This document shows, piece by piece, positions 28,660-38,274 of a stretch of DNA of 64,000 bases. How positions within the stretch are numbered: the first letter of the stretch is position 1; every line of letters begins with the position of its first letter. The DNA is taken from the IMG/VR virus record IMGVR_UViG_3300009034_000020, positions 1 to 64,000 of that record. One strand, 5' to 3'. Both the position numbers and the translations under genes were made by a program. Origin of the DNA: a virus. The notes under the pieces were generated by a model. It saw only the letters and a list, made by a program, of their open reading frames with translations. It had not been told where the DNA came from and did not search any database.

Positions 28660-30343
28660 GCCGCGCCCCCTTGTGGGCCATAGTCGATGTGGAAGCCCTC
28701 GAACACGGCGATGACTAGCTCTTCTGCTCGCCAGTCGGGGTCAAGGGCAATGGCGTTGGCGATGGCCCCCGCTGGGTCATCGGCCTCGACCCCCTCGACG
28801 TAGGTCCGGCCTTGTAGGTCAGCGTCGTCGCTGCCCGCAACCTCCGGGTCGTAGTCTATCGTCAGCCCGACAACTGTGTACTTCTTCATGCTAGTCCCCC
28901 CTCTGCTGCCTGCCGCCGTGCCTCATCTGGCACGAGGTCACTGGTGGCGACGGTGCGTGCGTCTACGTTGCAGTACGCCAGCAGGCGGTCCACAAACGCA
29001 CACGCCTCGTCCCTTGTGTCGAACTCACCGAGGGGGTCGGGCAGCCCGATGTCGTGGTACTCATCGGCCTCCTCGTCTATCTCCTCGATGGAGACCCATA
29101 CCTTATACGTCGTCATGCTGGTTCCTCCTATCAGAAGCAGTCTACCAGGAAGCTCACGTCCCACTCGTACTGTTCGAGGACAGCCAGAGCCTCCTTCCAG
29201 CCTTGGGGGTCTCGTTCCTTTAGCTTGGCCGTGAATGCTTGACGCTTAGCCTCGCCTTCTATGCTGATGCGGAAGGTGAACGTGTACTCATCGTCCGCAT
29301 TGAAGCCCATCTCTACAGCGATGTCGTAGAGGGCCTCGGACAGGTGCCGCCCCTTAGTTGCTATGTCTACGATAGGAATGGCGGTGATGGTCATGCTACT
29401 CTACCTCCAATCCGATGAATGCCTCCAGGTGCAGCCCCTCTATCAGCTCGAATGCTGTGAGGTTGCTGCCCCACGGTCCTGTGATGAGGCGGTCGAAGTC
29501 GTCCTCGTTCGCTGCCTCGATGGCCTCGATGCACGGCCCCACCCACACCTCACTCACTGCCGGGAAGTGATTCACTGTGAGGTGGTAGCGCAGTGCTGTT
29601 TCAAGTGTGGCGTGTCCCTCCCGCACAGACTCGGCCATGCCTATCGCTCTCATCGTGCCCATGCTATACCTCCGTCTCTTCCCCTGTCTCTAGGTCCGAT
29701 ACGTTGTCCACCTCCCAGGTGCCGCCGACCTCCTCGAACTCCTCGGGTTCGAGCTCGGCTGCCCGCTCGCAGATGTACGCAAGCAAGTCCTCTCCGTCAG
29801 CCAGGATGGAGGCGTACTCCTCCTCGGTCAGCTCCACGGTGGCGGTCTTGACTCGGGTCTCCTGTACTGTGACCTCGTACTGTCGTGCCATGTCTGCCCT
29901 CCTAGATACCGCTTCTGAGGCCGAACGTCTCGCCTCGCTGCTCTGCCTCGTGCCTCGCCCCTTGGAGGCAGCCCCGGTGCACCAGCAAGTACTTCTTGTG
30001 ATATACCAGCGCCTTGGTGGCGTCAACCCTCCGACCAGGGCAATGCTCGTAGTCGCACTTGTATCCCATGCTATCCTACCTCCCCCCGGACCAACCTCCG
30101 CAGTGCTACTATTGCTACCTGGAGCTGGTCGATGGCGTGGTACTTGCCCCAGTCCCCGTACTGATAGGCGTCGTAGAAGATGTCCTCTTGTGCGCGTGTG
30201 AATATCTCCTCGACCAGCCCTTGAATGGACTGCGGTAGTGGCGTTGAGCACTCGGCGCAGCACGTCTCGCCGTCCGCAGGCTCAAACTCCCGCTCTTCGC
30301 ATAGTGGGCACTTCTCCATGATTCCTTCCTCCTTCTACTCTAA

Positions 30344-30374
30344 GTATCGGCACCTCACCGAGATTCTGAACCCC
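30344..30374 (-). promoter_or_regulatory. sigma28-like promoter
   Basis: GGGGTTCAG-N14-GCCGATAC, intergenic, upstream of an RBS. Confidence 0.6.
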
Positions 30375-30379
30375 TGACC

Positions 30380-31075
30380 TTAGCTCTTCTTCGGTGGCTT
30401 GGAGTAGAGGGACACGTATCCCTCATCTCCCATGATGCTCAGCCGCTCGTACCCGATGAGGATACGGCGCCCATCCTCGTGTAGCTCCCTTGCCTTGTCG
30501 GCGATGACCATAGCTCCCTCAGTACCGGCTACCCTCACATCGTAGAGCTCACGCTCCCAGCCATCGGCCTCTGGCTCGCCGACGTTGAAGAACATCCCGA
30601 AGAGTGCACCTTCACGGAAGAGTTTCTCCATCTCGCACTCGAACCCGGCGATGCCCTCGTCCTGGAGCACCTCTTCGACGCACTGTAAGCACACCATCTC
30701 ACACTCGTCGATGATGCGGTAGTACGTCATGTGTCCCCGGTCCTCTGCTATCTGACGCTCGCACCGCTCGCAGTTGAACGTGCCCTCGTCGAGCCCGCCC
30801 TGGTCCCAGCAGTGGACGCAGTAGCGGAACCCGGTGCCGCTCTCCTCGTCGTCGAAGGGCGAGAAGTAGTAGCACTGTTCCGTTAGGTCATCCTCTAGTG
30901 TCCACTCCTGGCAGCCGTCGCATTCCGCTTGTTCCTCACCTGCTAGCAGGCGGCAGGTGGTGCAGCGGTCCTTGAGTACGTTGGTGTAGGTGTCGGTCGC
31001 CCACGGTGGGCGAGGGCAGCCACAGCCCACGCATACCGGCTGCTTCTTGCCTTCTAGGGTTGTCTGTGCTGGCAC
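30380..31075 (-). CDS. multi-zinc-finger hypothetical protein
   Basis: Six CxxC pairs. Confidence 0.6.
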   Translation of the reverse strand: MPAQTTLEGKKQPVCVGCGCPRPPWATDTYTNVLKDRCTTCRLLAGEEQAECDGCQEWTLEDDLTEQCYYFSPFDDEESGTGFRYCVHCWDQGGLDEGTFNCERCERQIAEDRGHMTYYRIIDECEMVCLQCVEEVLQDEGIAGFECEMEKLFREGALFGMFFNVGEPEADGWERELYDVRVAGTEGAMVIADKARELHEDGRRILIGYERLSIMGDEGYVSLYSKPPKKS

Positions 31076-31550
31076 GTCTAGTCCTCCTTCTGACCATACT
31101 CCCGCTGGCACAACGTGCACCATGGGATAGGCCGCTTGGGGTCATGGCGGTGGTGATTCACCTCACACCCGGCCCTCTTTTTCAGTGCATACCCCGAAGC
31201 TGGCTTGTCAGACATCCTCGCACCTCCATTGTACTTGACGCTTACCTACACGACGGCGGAGCTCCACCCCTCTCCGATAGCGCCCTCACTCGGGCTGCAT
31301 AAGCGGCGTTGCTCGCCGATACTCGCGGACCTATTGAGCATCCATGAACATCCATGAACGCTTTTTCACGCTCTAACCCTAGGCATCGGGTGATTTGCCG
31401 GGCCGCTTGCTCATCCAGCAAGCACACCTGCCGGGAGTACCACAGCCGCCAGCAATGCACGCAGTCGGCGTTGTTCGGGCGCCCATCGGCCCAGTGTGTA
31501 TGCGGCCCGTCATCGCCTCGATACCATGGATGTACTTGACACTGCATGAC

Positions 31551-32051
31551 TTACCTTCCCTCTAGCCAACAGGCCGAACTCGGCCACGTGCCAGCCTTGA
31601 ACGCCTCATCGATGCACGCCTCCGCTTGGGCTAGCCACTCTCGGGCGATGAGCCGTCCGCCCCGCTCGCTTGACACCGGCATCCAATACTGCACGTATCC
31701 CACCAGCCTCTTCGGAGGCTGGTCGCAGACGAAAGCCCTGACCTCCCCCGGACAGTTGGTCCATCGTAGCACCAGCGCCCATGCTAGGGCCTCTTCCTCT
31801 AGCGTGTGATGGCCCTTCTTCTTGTATCGCCTGAACGCCTCATCCCGTTCTGGTAGGTCAAGTGCGGCGTGTCCGAACTCATGTAGCTGCGTCATCTTGT
31901 CCGCCCACTCATGCCCGATGGGCAGTTGCAGGTGGTCGCAGTCTTCCCCGATGGCTAGCTTCCATGCGTACTCCTCGTTCACCATCCCTAGCCTAACTGC
32001 TCGTCCCATGCAGTGATACTCGCCTTGACCTTCGGTGTATCGTACCTCCAC
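31551..32051 (-). CDS. HExxH metallopeptidase-like protein (ImmA/IrrE-like)
   Basis: LHEFGHA...EEEALAW. Confidence 0.6.
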   Translation of the reverse strand: MEVRYTEGQGEYHCMGRAVRLGMVNEEYAWKLAIGEDCDHLQLPIGHEWADKMTQLHEFGHAALDLPERDEAFRRYKKKGHHTLEEEALAWALVLRWTNCPGEVRAFVCDQPPKRLVGYVQYWMPVSSERGGRLIAREWLAQAEACIDEAFKAGTWPSSACWLEGR

Positions 32052-32313
32052 TGCTACGTCACCTCCTAGGCTCGCCGGGTGGAGAGTAGCACGTTCCCAT
32101 CATACCACGCCTCGATGTAGTCCACCGTTTTAGTGAAGCGCTGCGCTAGGGTGTCGATGATACCCTGCACTTCCAGGGTCTCGGCACGCCCGAGTGCCAG
32201 TGGTAGACCTAGCTTCTCCAGCATGGCCGATAGGCCGGTCACCCTCTGCGAGCCGTCGCGCATCGTGCTACGTATGGTCCAGAACTCCAGCATGTTCAAT
32301 CCCTCCACTAGTA

Positions 32314-32344
32314 GTATCGGCACGTCGCCGAGAACCTGAACCCC
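32314..32344 (-). promoter_or_regulatory. sigma28-like promoter
   Basis: GGGGTTCAG-N14-GCCGATAC upstream of GGAGG-ATG. Confidence 0.6.
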
Positions 32345-32653
32345 TATCCTAGCAACTCCACCTCGGAGTGCATCACCCGTATGTACACTGTCTCTTGGGC
32401 GAAGCAATCCTTCACTCGCGCCCGTATCGCGTCCGCCTCCAATTGAGGCTGCCCGGCGAAGCCGATGTAGTAGGGTATCACTTGCTCAGCACCCCATTGC
32501 TCGGTCATGCCGAAGCATTGCGGGCCTAGAGTGAATCCGCCATAGAGTGATAACACCCACTTCTCGAAGTCCGCTTGACTCAGCTTCCACCACCTCGCTT
32601 CGACAACTGGCACTAACACCTTCGCCTCGTACCTCATGCCTAACCTTCCCTTC

Positions 32654-33349
32654 CTAGACTTCACGCAGCACAGCATGGGGCTCCGGCCACCCTCTAGTAC
32701 TATCCCATAGCATCCACTGGGCGGCGAAGCATGAGACTCCAAGCTGCACACTGAGGCGTCGAATCTTCGCCTCGATTCTAACGTAGGTCCGACGATTGAT
32801 AGCCTTCCCTATGTTCTTGCCAGTGAAGAGGCGATAGAGCCATGAGTCAACGCAGCATACGTCCGATGCTACAGGGTCCGCCAGTGCTACAGCGAACCGA
32901 GCCTTAGCTATCCCGAGACCCTTGACCCTATCTTCTAGCCTGTCAGCCCACTCTTTATGAGTAGAGCCATTGCGCCCGTAGGGTGTCGAATCATACGCCC
33001 AAGAGCGGGCGAACCTAGACAGGTACCTAGCTTTGCTCTTGTAGTACATGATAGGCGGCCGTATCTTGTCCAACACTGAGGCGATAGCGCGCCAGTCTAG
33101 GCGCTGTAACTGCCGGGCACCTAGGCTCCGCATTGCACGGTAGGCTGATATGTTCGCCTCTATCCTAGTGTTCACACTGAGGATGCTGAACACAACCCGC
33201 CAGAACACTAGCCTATTGGATGGTTCATGCTGGATGGCCGCTGTGTATTCTCGGTATCGCCCGAGCGCTACGTCCGCCAGTGCCAGTGCAGACTCCTCGT
33301 CGAATCGTACTAGCTTGGGCGTGCCATCCAGGGTCAACTGTAGAGCCAT
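32654..33349 (-). CDS. helix-hairpin-helix DNA glycosylase (Ogg/EndoIII superfamily-like)
   Basis: FSILSVNT, KARYL, VKGLGIAKARF, VCCVDSW. Confidence 0.7.
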   Translation of the reverse strand: MALQLTLDGTPKLVRFDEESALALADVALGRYREYTAAIQHEPSNRLVFWRVVFSILSVNTRIEANISAYRAMRSLGARQLQRLDWRAIASVLDKIRPPIMYYKSKARYLSRFARSWAYDSTPYGRNGSTHKEWADRLEDRVKGLGIAKARFAVALADPVASDVCCVDSWLYRLFTGKNIGKAINRRTYVRIEAKIRRLSVQLGVSCFAAQWMLWDSTRGWPEPHAVLREV

Positions 33350-33846
33350 GTTCCCTCACCTACTCCGAATCTTGGAGCCTAGCAGGGTTGCGCACCTTCT
33401 AGGCTCTGAGGCTAGGAGTAGGAACGATGCTGACGTTATCCGGCGAGCCCACAGCCCTTGTACTTAGGGCTCACCCATGCTAGCACTCGGTTCCTGAACG
33501 CAGCATCATGCACTGCATCCAGTGGGTCAACGCTTCGCCGGTAGATAGGGCATGTCTCCGCATGGGCTCCGCGGCGTAGGGCGAACCGTGTCTCCGATGG
33601 TAAGCCCTGAACGTAGCACGTGCACCTGTTGTCAGTCATAGCTCACCGTCCTTCGGCTGCTAGCACCGTTACGATGTAGGATGCCAGCCGGTCTACATCG
33701 GCTTGCCTGACACCGGTCTCTACTAGGAAGTCGTCCATAACTGGCTGCGTCAGGCCCTCTAGCACATTGACTAGGCGCTCGGCGTCTAGTGCTGCTAGCT
33801 TCAAGGTAACAGCTTTGCGTTGCATTGATTCTACCCTCCAACTGTA

Positions 33847-33878
33847 GTATCGGCACGTCGGACGAGGGTCTGAACCCC
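33847..33878 (-). promoter_or_regulatory. sigma28-like promoter
   Basis: GGGGTTCAG-N15-GCCGATAC upstream of GGAGG-ATG. Confidence 0.6.
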
Positions 33879-34133
33879 TACCTGTAGGGTCCGCCCTTCC
33901 GAATCCTAGGAGCCCTACCCTTCGGCACGCCTACTAGCCTAACCCGTCCAGTGTGTCGGCGCTTGTGTGTCCCATCGGGCTCAGGCTCATGCATCCGCCG
34001 GTTGATACTCGCCCGCTCTGACCTTAGCTTCCCCATAGTGAACGCCTCCCCTGTAGGTGTCGCAGGATACCAGCATCCTCGACTCGGCCTAGGTAGCATC
34101 ATCAGCATCGACTCGCCTCCAATGGTCTCACCA

Positions 34134-34541
34134 TCATCATCGACACAGTAGTACCCACACAGTAGGGCGTCAAGTGCAGAACCTAGGCAATTCTAGGTGT
34201 CTAGACTCAGGCTAACGCGGGCTCCTGCATCGTGTTGCTAGGGTTAGGGTTGCGCCCTTGACCTCAGCTTCCCCCTGTATACCTTCCTCGCATCTGTCGA
34301 TAGTGTTCGGCAGCTTTGACAAGCCCAACGAAAGGCTGCCGGTGCCGTGAATCTGGGGAGTCCGCAGAGTAGACGTAGCATTTCGATTGCTTCTCGTTCC
34401 ACCATCGGCTTTCCGCAACATACCGGCATGGCTGTGCCTCCGAATCTAGCCTCGCTTCTACTCTCATCATCGACACAGTAGCACCCACACAGTAGGGGCG
34501 CAACCTCAGAACCTAGGCAATTCTAGGTGTCTAGACTCAGG
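34134..34541 (-). repeat. two 78-bp direct repeats, each containing a leftward sigma70-type promoter
   Basis: 34134-34211 vs 34464-34541, 7 mismatches; TTGACG/TTGCGC-N17-TACTGT plus ACCTAG-N6-CTAGGT palindrome. Confidence 0.85.
34244..34429 (-). CDS. small zinc-ribbon protein
   Basis: MPVCCGKPM...CQSC, GGAGG RBS, located between the repeats. Confidence 0.55.
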   Translation of the reverse strand: MPVCCGKPMVEREAIEMLRLLCGLPRFTAPAAFRWACQSCRTLSTDARKVYRGKLRSRAQP

Positions 34542-35011
34542 AGAACCTGCACTCGTGGGCCTTGACGCTAGGGTTAGGGTAGGTGCCAGTTGACCGGCGA
34601 GGCGACCACCGATGGCACTCTCCAGATACGATGCATCTGTGCCCGGTGTCTCTTGTCTAGAGATTCTTGAATCGGGGTCAATTCGCTTGAATAGGTGGAG
34701 GTTTGGGCAGATATGCCTAGTATTCTCTAGATTTGCGTAGGTTTGTGAGTATGCGCGCGCAAAACCAGCACGATGCTAGGAGCAGATGTGGCACGACGCC
34801 ACATTCATTTCCGAACGGGCACGTCTTCGCTAACAACGCCTCGACTATTACTTTGATCCCGGTCTCCGCGGCTGAAAATTGGAAAAATTGGAGCATACGA
34901 GCCCTTGAAAATGCCCCAGACTCGATTTGAAGCTACGGAAAGCTGTATCCTGACCCACCGTATATCGGGAAAACACCGGAATGCTGGGGGTCAGAAAACA
35001 GGAATTGGACC

Positions 35012-35040
35012 TTGACAGCTCGGGATCCGCGTGTTATCCT
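35012..35040 (+). promoter_or_regulatory. sigma70-type promoter
   Basis: TTGACA-N17-TATCCT. Confidence 0.7.
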
Positions 35041-35090
35041 AAAGAAGGTGTAAAATCCAGCTCTGAGAACCATAAGTAAGGAGAGCCCCA

Positions 35091-35423
35091 ATGCCTATCA
35101 AGCCAAAGCCGCCTGGACCAATCGTCTACCCAGTTGCGGATACCCCAACGCCGTTCGACGTGACCCTGGCGGTCGCGGCGACTGCCGAAGACCTGGTGAC
35201 AGTACCTGCCCTCAAGAAGGGCCGGGCGATCTCCATTGTCAACGAGGGGCCGGGGGATGTCGCTGTTGCGTTCGACGCGGACGCAGTGGTGACGGATCTA
35301 CTCCTGTTGGAGGGAGACGCCTACGACGACCACGATCTGGAGATCAGCACTAAGGTGTCGTTCATCAACGTGACTGCGGCTGCACAGCCGCGGCTGCGTG
35401 GTATCCTCTGGAGCGGTCCCTAA
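35091..35423 (+). CDS. hypothetical protein
   Basis: 110-aa ORF with AAGGAG RBS after the promoter. Confidence 0.65.
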   Translation: MPIKPKPPGPIVYPVADTPTPFDVTLAVAATAEDLVTVPALKKGRAISIVNEGPGDVAVAFDADAVVTDLLLLEGDAYDDHDLEISTKVSFINVTAAAQPRLRGILWSGP

Positions 35424-35639
35424 TGCCCATTAGGCCAGGCCGCAGCCGGAAGGACAAAGATGACCTTCTGGCGGCTCTGCTGACCATCGCCGATACGCAG
35501 ATCCCCGGCAGCAGCTCCGTCAAGGACCGGGAGGCGTCGGTGCGGCTGTGGCAGGAGCTGCGGGATCTGCTTGCTAAGGAGGACCCCTAGACACTATTCT
35601 CTAGATATGGTATCCTAAACTGAAAGGGGGTGAGCACGA

Positions 35640-35801
35640 ATGTGCAACATCCATGTTGGCCGCTATGCCGACCCGCAGACCAGGAAAGACTGGCAGGGGT
35701 GGATCGAGCCCGACGACAAGTCGTGGATCGCGTTTGTGGCGGCGGATGGCCGGCCGGTCGTTTTCCTAGATCGAGACCCGAAGACCGGCGCGGTGTGCTA
35801 G
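35640..35801 (+). CDS. small hypothetical protein
   Basis: Translated by hand: MCNIHVGRYADP...WQGWIEPDDKSWIAFV. Confidence 0.5.
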   Translation: MCNIHVGRYADPQTRKDWQGWIEPDDKSWIAFVAADGRPVVFLDRDPKTGAVC

Positions 35802-35922
35802 GGGATTCCCGGTGGCGGGACGAGCCGCCTGCTCCCCAAACTCCTAGACACTAACCCCCAGACATGGTATCCTTGAATTGGCCTGGAGCAAATGCCCAGA
35901 GCGATGAAAGGAGCGAAAGCCC

Positions 35923-36171
35923 ATGCAAGCATTCACCGTCTACATCACCGTTAGATCCACGGAGCAGCTACCTAGACCGGATGATGATTCCGTCTTGGTG
36001 AAGGCCACCACGCAGGGGCTGAGAGAACCGTACTCTGTCCTACAAGGTGGCGATACGAGCTTGTTCTTTATTTGCCGGTCGCAGTACGCGCCACAGGCCG
36101 GCGATGCGCTAGAGGTGACCATCAAGGCGCACGGCCCGGCAGGAGAAACCGAGTCAGGAGAAACCGAGTAG
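35923..36171 (+). CDS. hypothetical protein
   Basis: AAGGAG RBS, downstream of a promoter. Confidence 0.55.
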   Translation: MQAFTVYITVRSTEQLPRPDDDSVLVKATTQGLREPYSVLQGGDTSLFFICRSQYAPQAGDALEVTIKAHGPAGETESGETE

Positions 36172-36245
36172 GGGCCTTGCTCCAGGCCCTAGACACTATT
36201 CTCTAGACATGGTACTATGGAGGTGACACTTGAGGAGGTGCATTA

Positions 36246-36517
36246 TGGCAGGTCTTAGCCATGGTCCCATTCGGGACTCAAAACCAGAACGAATCGAGCT
36301 GACGCTTAGGCTGGAGTACCGGCCTGAGCACGCGCCCTACGTGTGGGGCGCGGAAGTAACGAACGGCTTCACGAATGGCGCCGGTGGCGGGCAATCGCCC
36401 ATCGAGGCCATCAGCATCGCGCTGGGCGGCCTGGAGAGTAGCATCCTACGCATGGACGACGACCTGAAGTACCAGGTGATGACTTACCGCCCGCCCAGCC
36501 TGGACGAAGATCGCTAG
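36246..36517 (+). CDS. hypothetical protein
   Basis: GAGGAGG RBS; start position approximate. Confidence 0.5.
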
Positions 36518-36527
36518 GAGGTACATC

Positions 36528-36902
36528 GTGGCAGGTGCACTATTCAACCCATTTTCAAATGCCCCAGGATACGGCCGGGGCGCAACCCCGAAACAACCGC
36601 CGAGCAGTCCTTTCACCGTGGACGACTGCATTGAGTACATCAGGCAGTTGGACCTACGGCTAGCTAACGCCGAGCTCGCGCTGACGCGACACGCTATGCT
36701 CACGAGGCCAATGAACTACCGGGAGCACCTGATAGAAGAGCTGGCGGGTGAGCTGGAGTGCGCCGACTGGAGCGACATCGAGGAAGCGCTCACCAACATC
36801 CTGCGTGCCCTGGCGCCTGGGTTAGAGGTGGAGCGCATCGATCTCAGTGCGCACCAGGAGAACATAGTCCAGCAATTCGAAAAGGAATACCGGGAGGTGT
36901 AA
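36528..36902 (+). CDS. hypothetical protein
   Basis: GGAGG RBS, GTG start. Confidence 0.55.
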   Translation: MAGALFNPFSNAPGYGRGATPKQPPSSPFTVDDCIEYIRQLDLRLANAELALTRHAMLTRPMNYREHLIEELAGELECADWSDIEEALTNILRALAPGLEVERIDLSAHQENIVQQFEKEYREV

Positions 36903-36903
36903 T

Positions 36904-37410
36904 GTGGGCGACTTGGTTGGTGCAGAAGTACGGAATGCGCTGGGCTACTTGGCGGACCTGGTGGGGAAGCTTCAGAGCCAGGTAGATTACCTGGAGAAGG
37001 ACCGAGACGAGCTGGTAGTGCGCGCGGCGATCTTGGAGACACAGGTAGAGGCCCTGGAGGAGCGCACGGGTACGGCGACCCCGACTTGGACGTTCTACTC
37101 GCCTCCCCCGGCACCGTACGTCGGCGGCGAGCTCGAGGCAGTAACTGGCTTGGCCGCGGAGGCGTTGTACCAGAAGCAGCTCCTGGATGCGCTGGCAGAT
37201 CGGATAACGGAGCTGGAGGAGGGCGCCGACGAGTCGGCGAGGTACAACGAAGAGGTGGACCGGTTCAACGCGGAGGTCGAGGCCGACCTGGTTCCGAGAG
37301 AGCTGGCGCAGCGGATAGCGGACCTGGAAGACGCGCAGTGGCTGCACCATGTAGAGGATGGCTCGTGTGCTCGGGTCCCGATTCACCACAAGGTGATACG
37401 GGATGACTAA
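36904..37410 (+). CDS. coiled-coil hypothetical protein
   Basis: Heptad-rich 168-aa ORF. Confidence 0.55.
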   Translation: MGDLVGAEVRNALGYLADLVGKLQSQVDYLEKDRDELVVRAAILETQVEALEERTGTATPTWTFYSPPPAPYVGGELEAVTGLAAEALYQKQLLDALADRITELEEGADESARYNEEVDRFNAEVEADLVPRELAQRIADLEDAQWLHHVEDGSCARVPIHHKVIRDD

Positions 37411-37648
37411 GCTGCCCGAGGTCTGTTCCTGGTCTATAGAACCCGAGGCCCGCTGGTTCTCGCGTTGCCGGTGCTGTAGGCGCTTGCGAGTGCGTACCTA
37501 TTACTTCGAGGTATATGGCAAGCACTGTGGGATCCACGGATCGTGCTGGTGGTACGAGTGCCTGTGGTGCTTTGTGAGGACCCTCACGGGTGTGCTCGAA
37601 GTAGAGGCAGGTTCTCCAGAGGATCCTTTCCTGGACAAGGACTGCTGA
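37403..37648 (+). CDS. Cys-rich hypothetical protein
   Basis: CRCC...C..H..C...CLWC. Confidence 0.45.
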   Translation: MTKLPEVCSWSIEPEARWFSRCRCCRRLRVRTYYFEVYGKHCGIHGSCWWYECLWCFVRTLTGVLEVEAGSPEDPFLDKDC

Positions 37649-37704
37649 ACGTGCTACACTGGATTAGTAAGGGTCCCATGTTCTATCCACTGAGTTACCG
37701 GGAG
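37646..37704 (-). pseudogene. degenerate 5' portion of a tRNA (Arg-like D arm), or anti-tRNA sequence on the + strand
   Basis: Minus strand reads CTCCCGG-TA-ACTC-AGTGGATA-GAAC-A-TGGGA...TCCA...GCACG-TTCA, with no 3' half. Confidence 0.5.
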
Positions 37705-37892
37705 GAGACCATGAAGACGAAGGGGAGAACGCCGTGAAGCTGACCATCTGTAAAGAATGTACCGCGAAGCGGCACAAGATCGTTGCGCATGAGGAAGGCA
37801 AGTGCGATGCCGAGGGCACGCGCGAGGTAGCGGCGATCTTGAAGCTCCGGCCGAAGGAGAAGAAGTAGCACGAGCGCAGTTGGAGGTGCATC

Positions 37893-38147
37893 ATGGCAGA
37901 AACGCGAATCGCGTTCATCCTGTTGGGAATAAACGAGGATAGGGCTCTGGAGATCCTAGCGACTTCTAGAGTCCTCGACCGGGACCTGCTCGACCGGGCG
38001 GCTAACCTATTCCGGTGTCGCATAGCCAGCGAGTTCCACATCCTGCGGGTCCTTGACAACACGAACGGGATGCTCGGCAGCGCTTTGCTGCCAGTGGAGA
38101 TTACAGTCACCGCTACCGTCTCGGAAGAGGCGCGCGGGGACCTCTAG
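37893..38147 (+). CDS. hypothetical protein
   Basis: GGAGG RBS; stop abuts the RNA cluster. Confidence 0.55.
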   Translation: MAETRIAFILLGINEDRALEILATSRVLDRDLLDRAANLFRCRIASEFHILRVLDNTNGMLGSALLPVEITVTATVSEEARGDL

Positions 38148-38227
38148 GGGGCGAAGGTTCGACCGGCAGTAGAAAGCCCCACGCTAGGGACTCTGTTGGG
38201 ACGGGGGTTCGAGTCCCCCCGCCTCCA
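38147..38227 (+). ncRNA. minimal tmRNA-like RNA (tRNA-like domain only)
   Basis: Acceptor GGGGGCG/CGCCTCC-A with G3.U70; stemless D loop AAGGTTCGA; helix 2a; GAC; T arm GGGGG-TTCGAGT-CCCCC. Confidence 0.75.
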
Positions 38228-38274
38228 CTGATAACACCAGCGTTTGCGCACATTCGCTGGTAATTCTATCCCGT

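Larger units (their letters stand above)
24804..32640 (-). other. dense cluster of roughly 25 small early/accessory hypothetical genes
   Basis: Tightly packed short ORFs with GGAGG RBSs, many with CxxC motifs. Confidence 0.75.
35588..36218 (+). promoter_or_regulatory. three related promoters TAGACA-N17-TA(TCC/CTA)T with extended -10
   Basis: 35588-35616, 35845-35873, 36190-36218 share CTAGACACTA...AGAYATGGTA; each precedes a small gene; similar copy at 39422-39451. Confidence 0.7.

Noticed and set aside
34237-34580. Telomere-like TAGGGTTAGGG
   Set aside because: Only about two units in each of two places, as part of the promoter duplication; not an array.
22914-36218. Repeats as a possible CRISPR mini-array
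   Set aside because: Only two or three copies each with irregular spacing or whole genes between them; they fit promoters or iterons, and no cas genes are seen.
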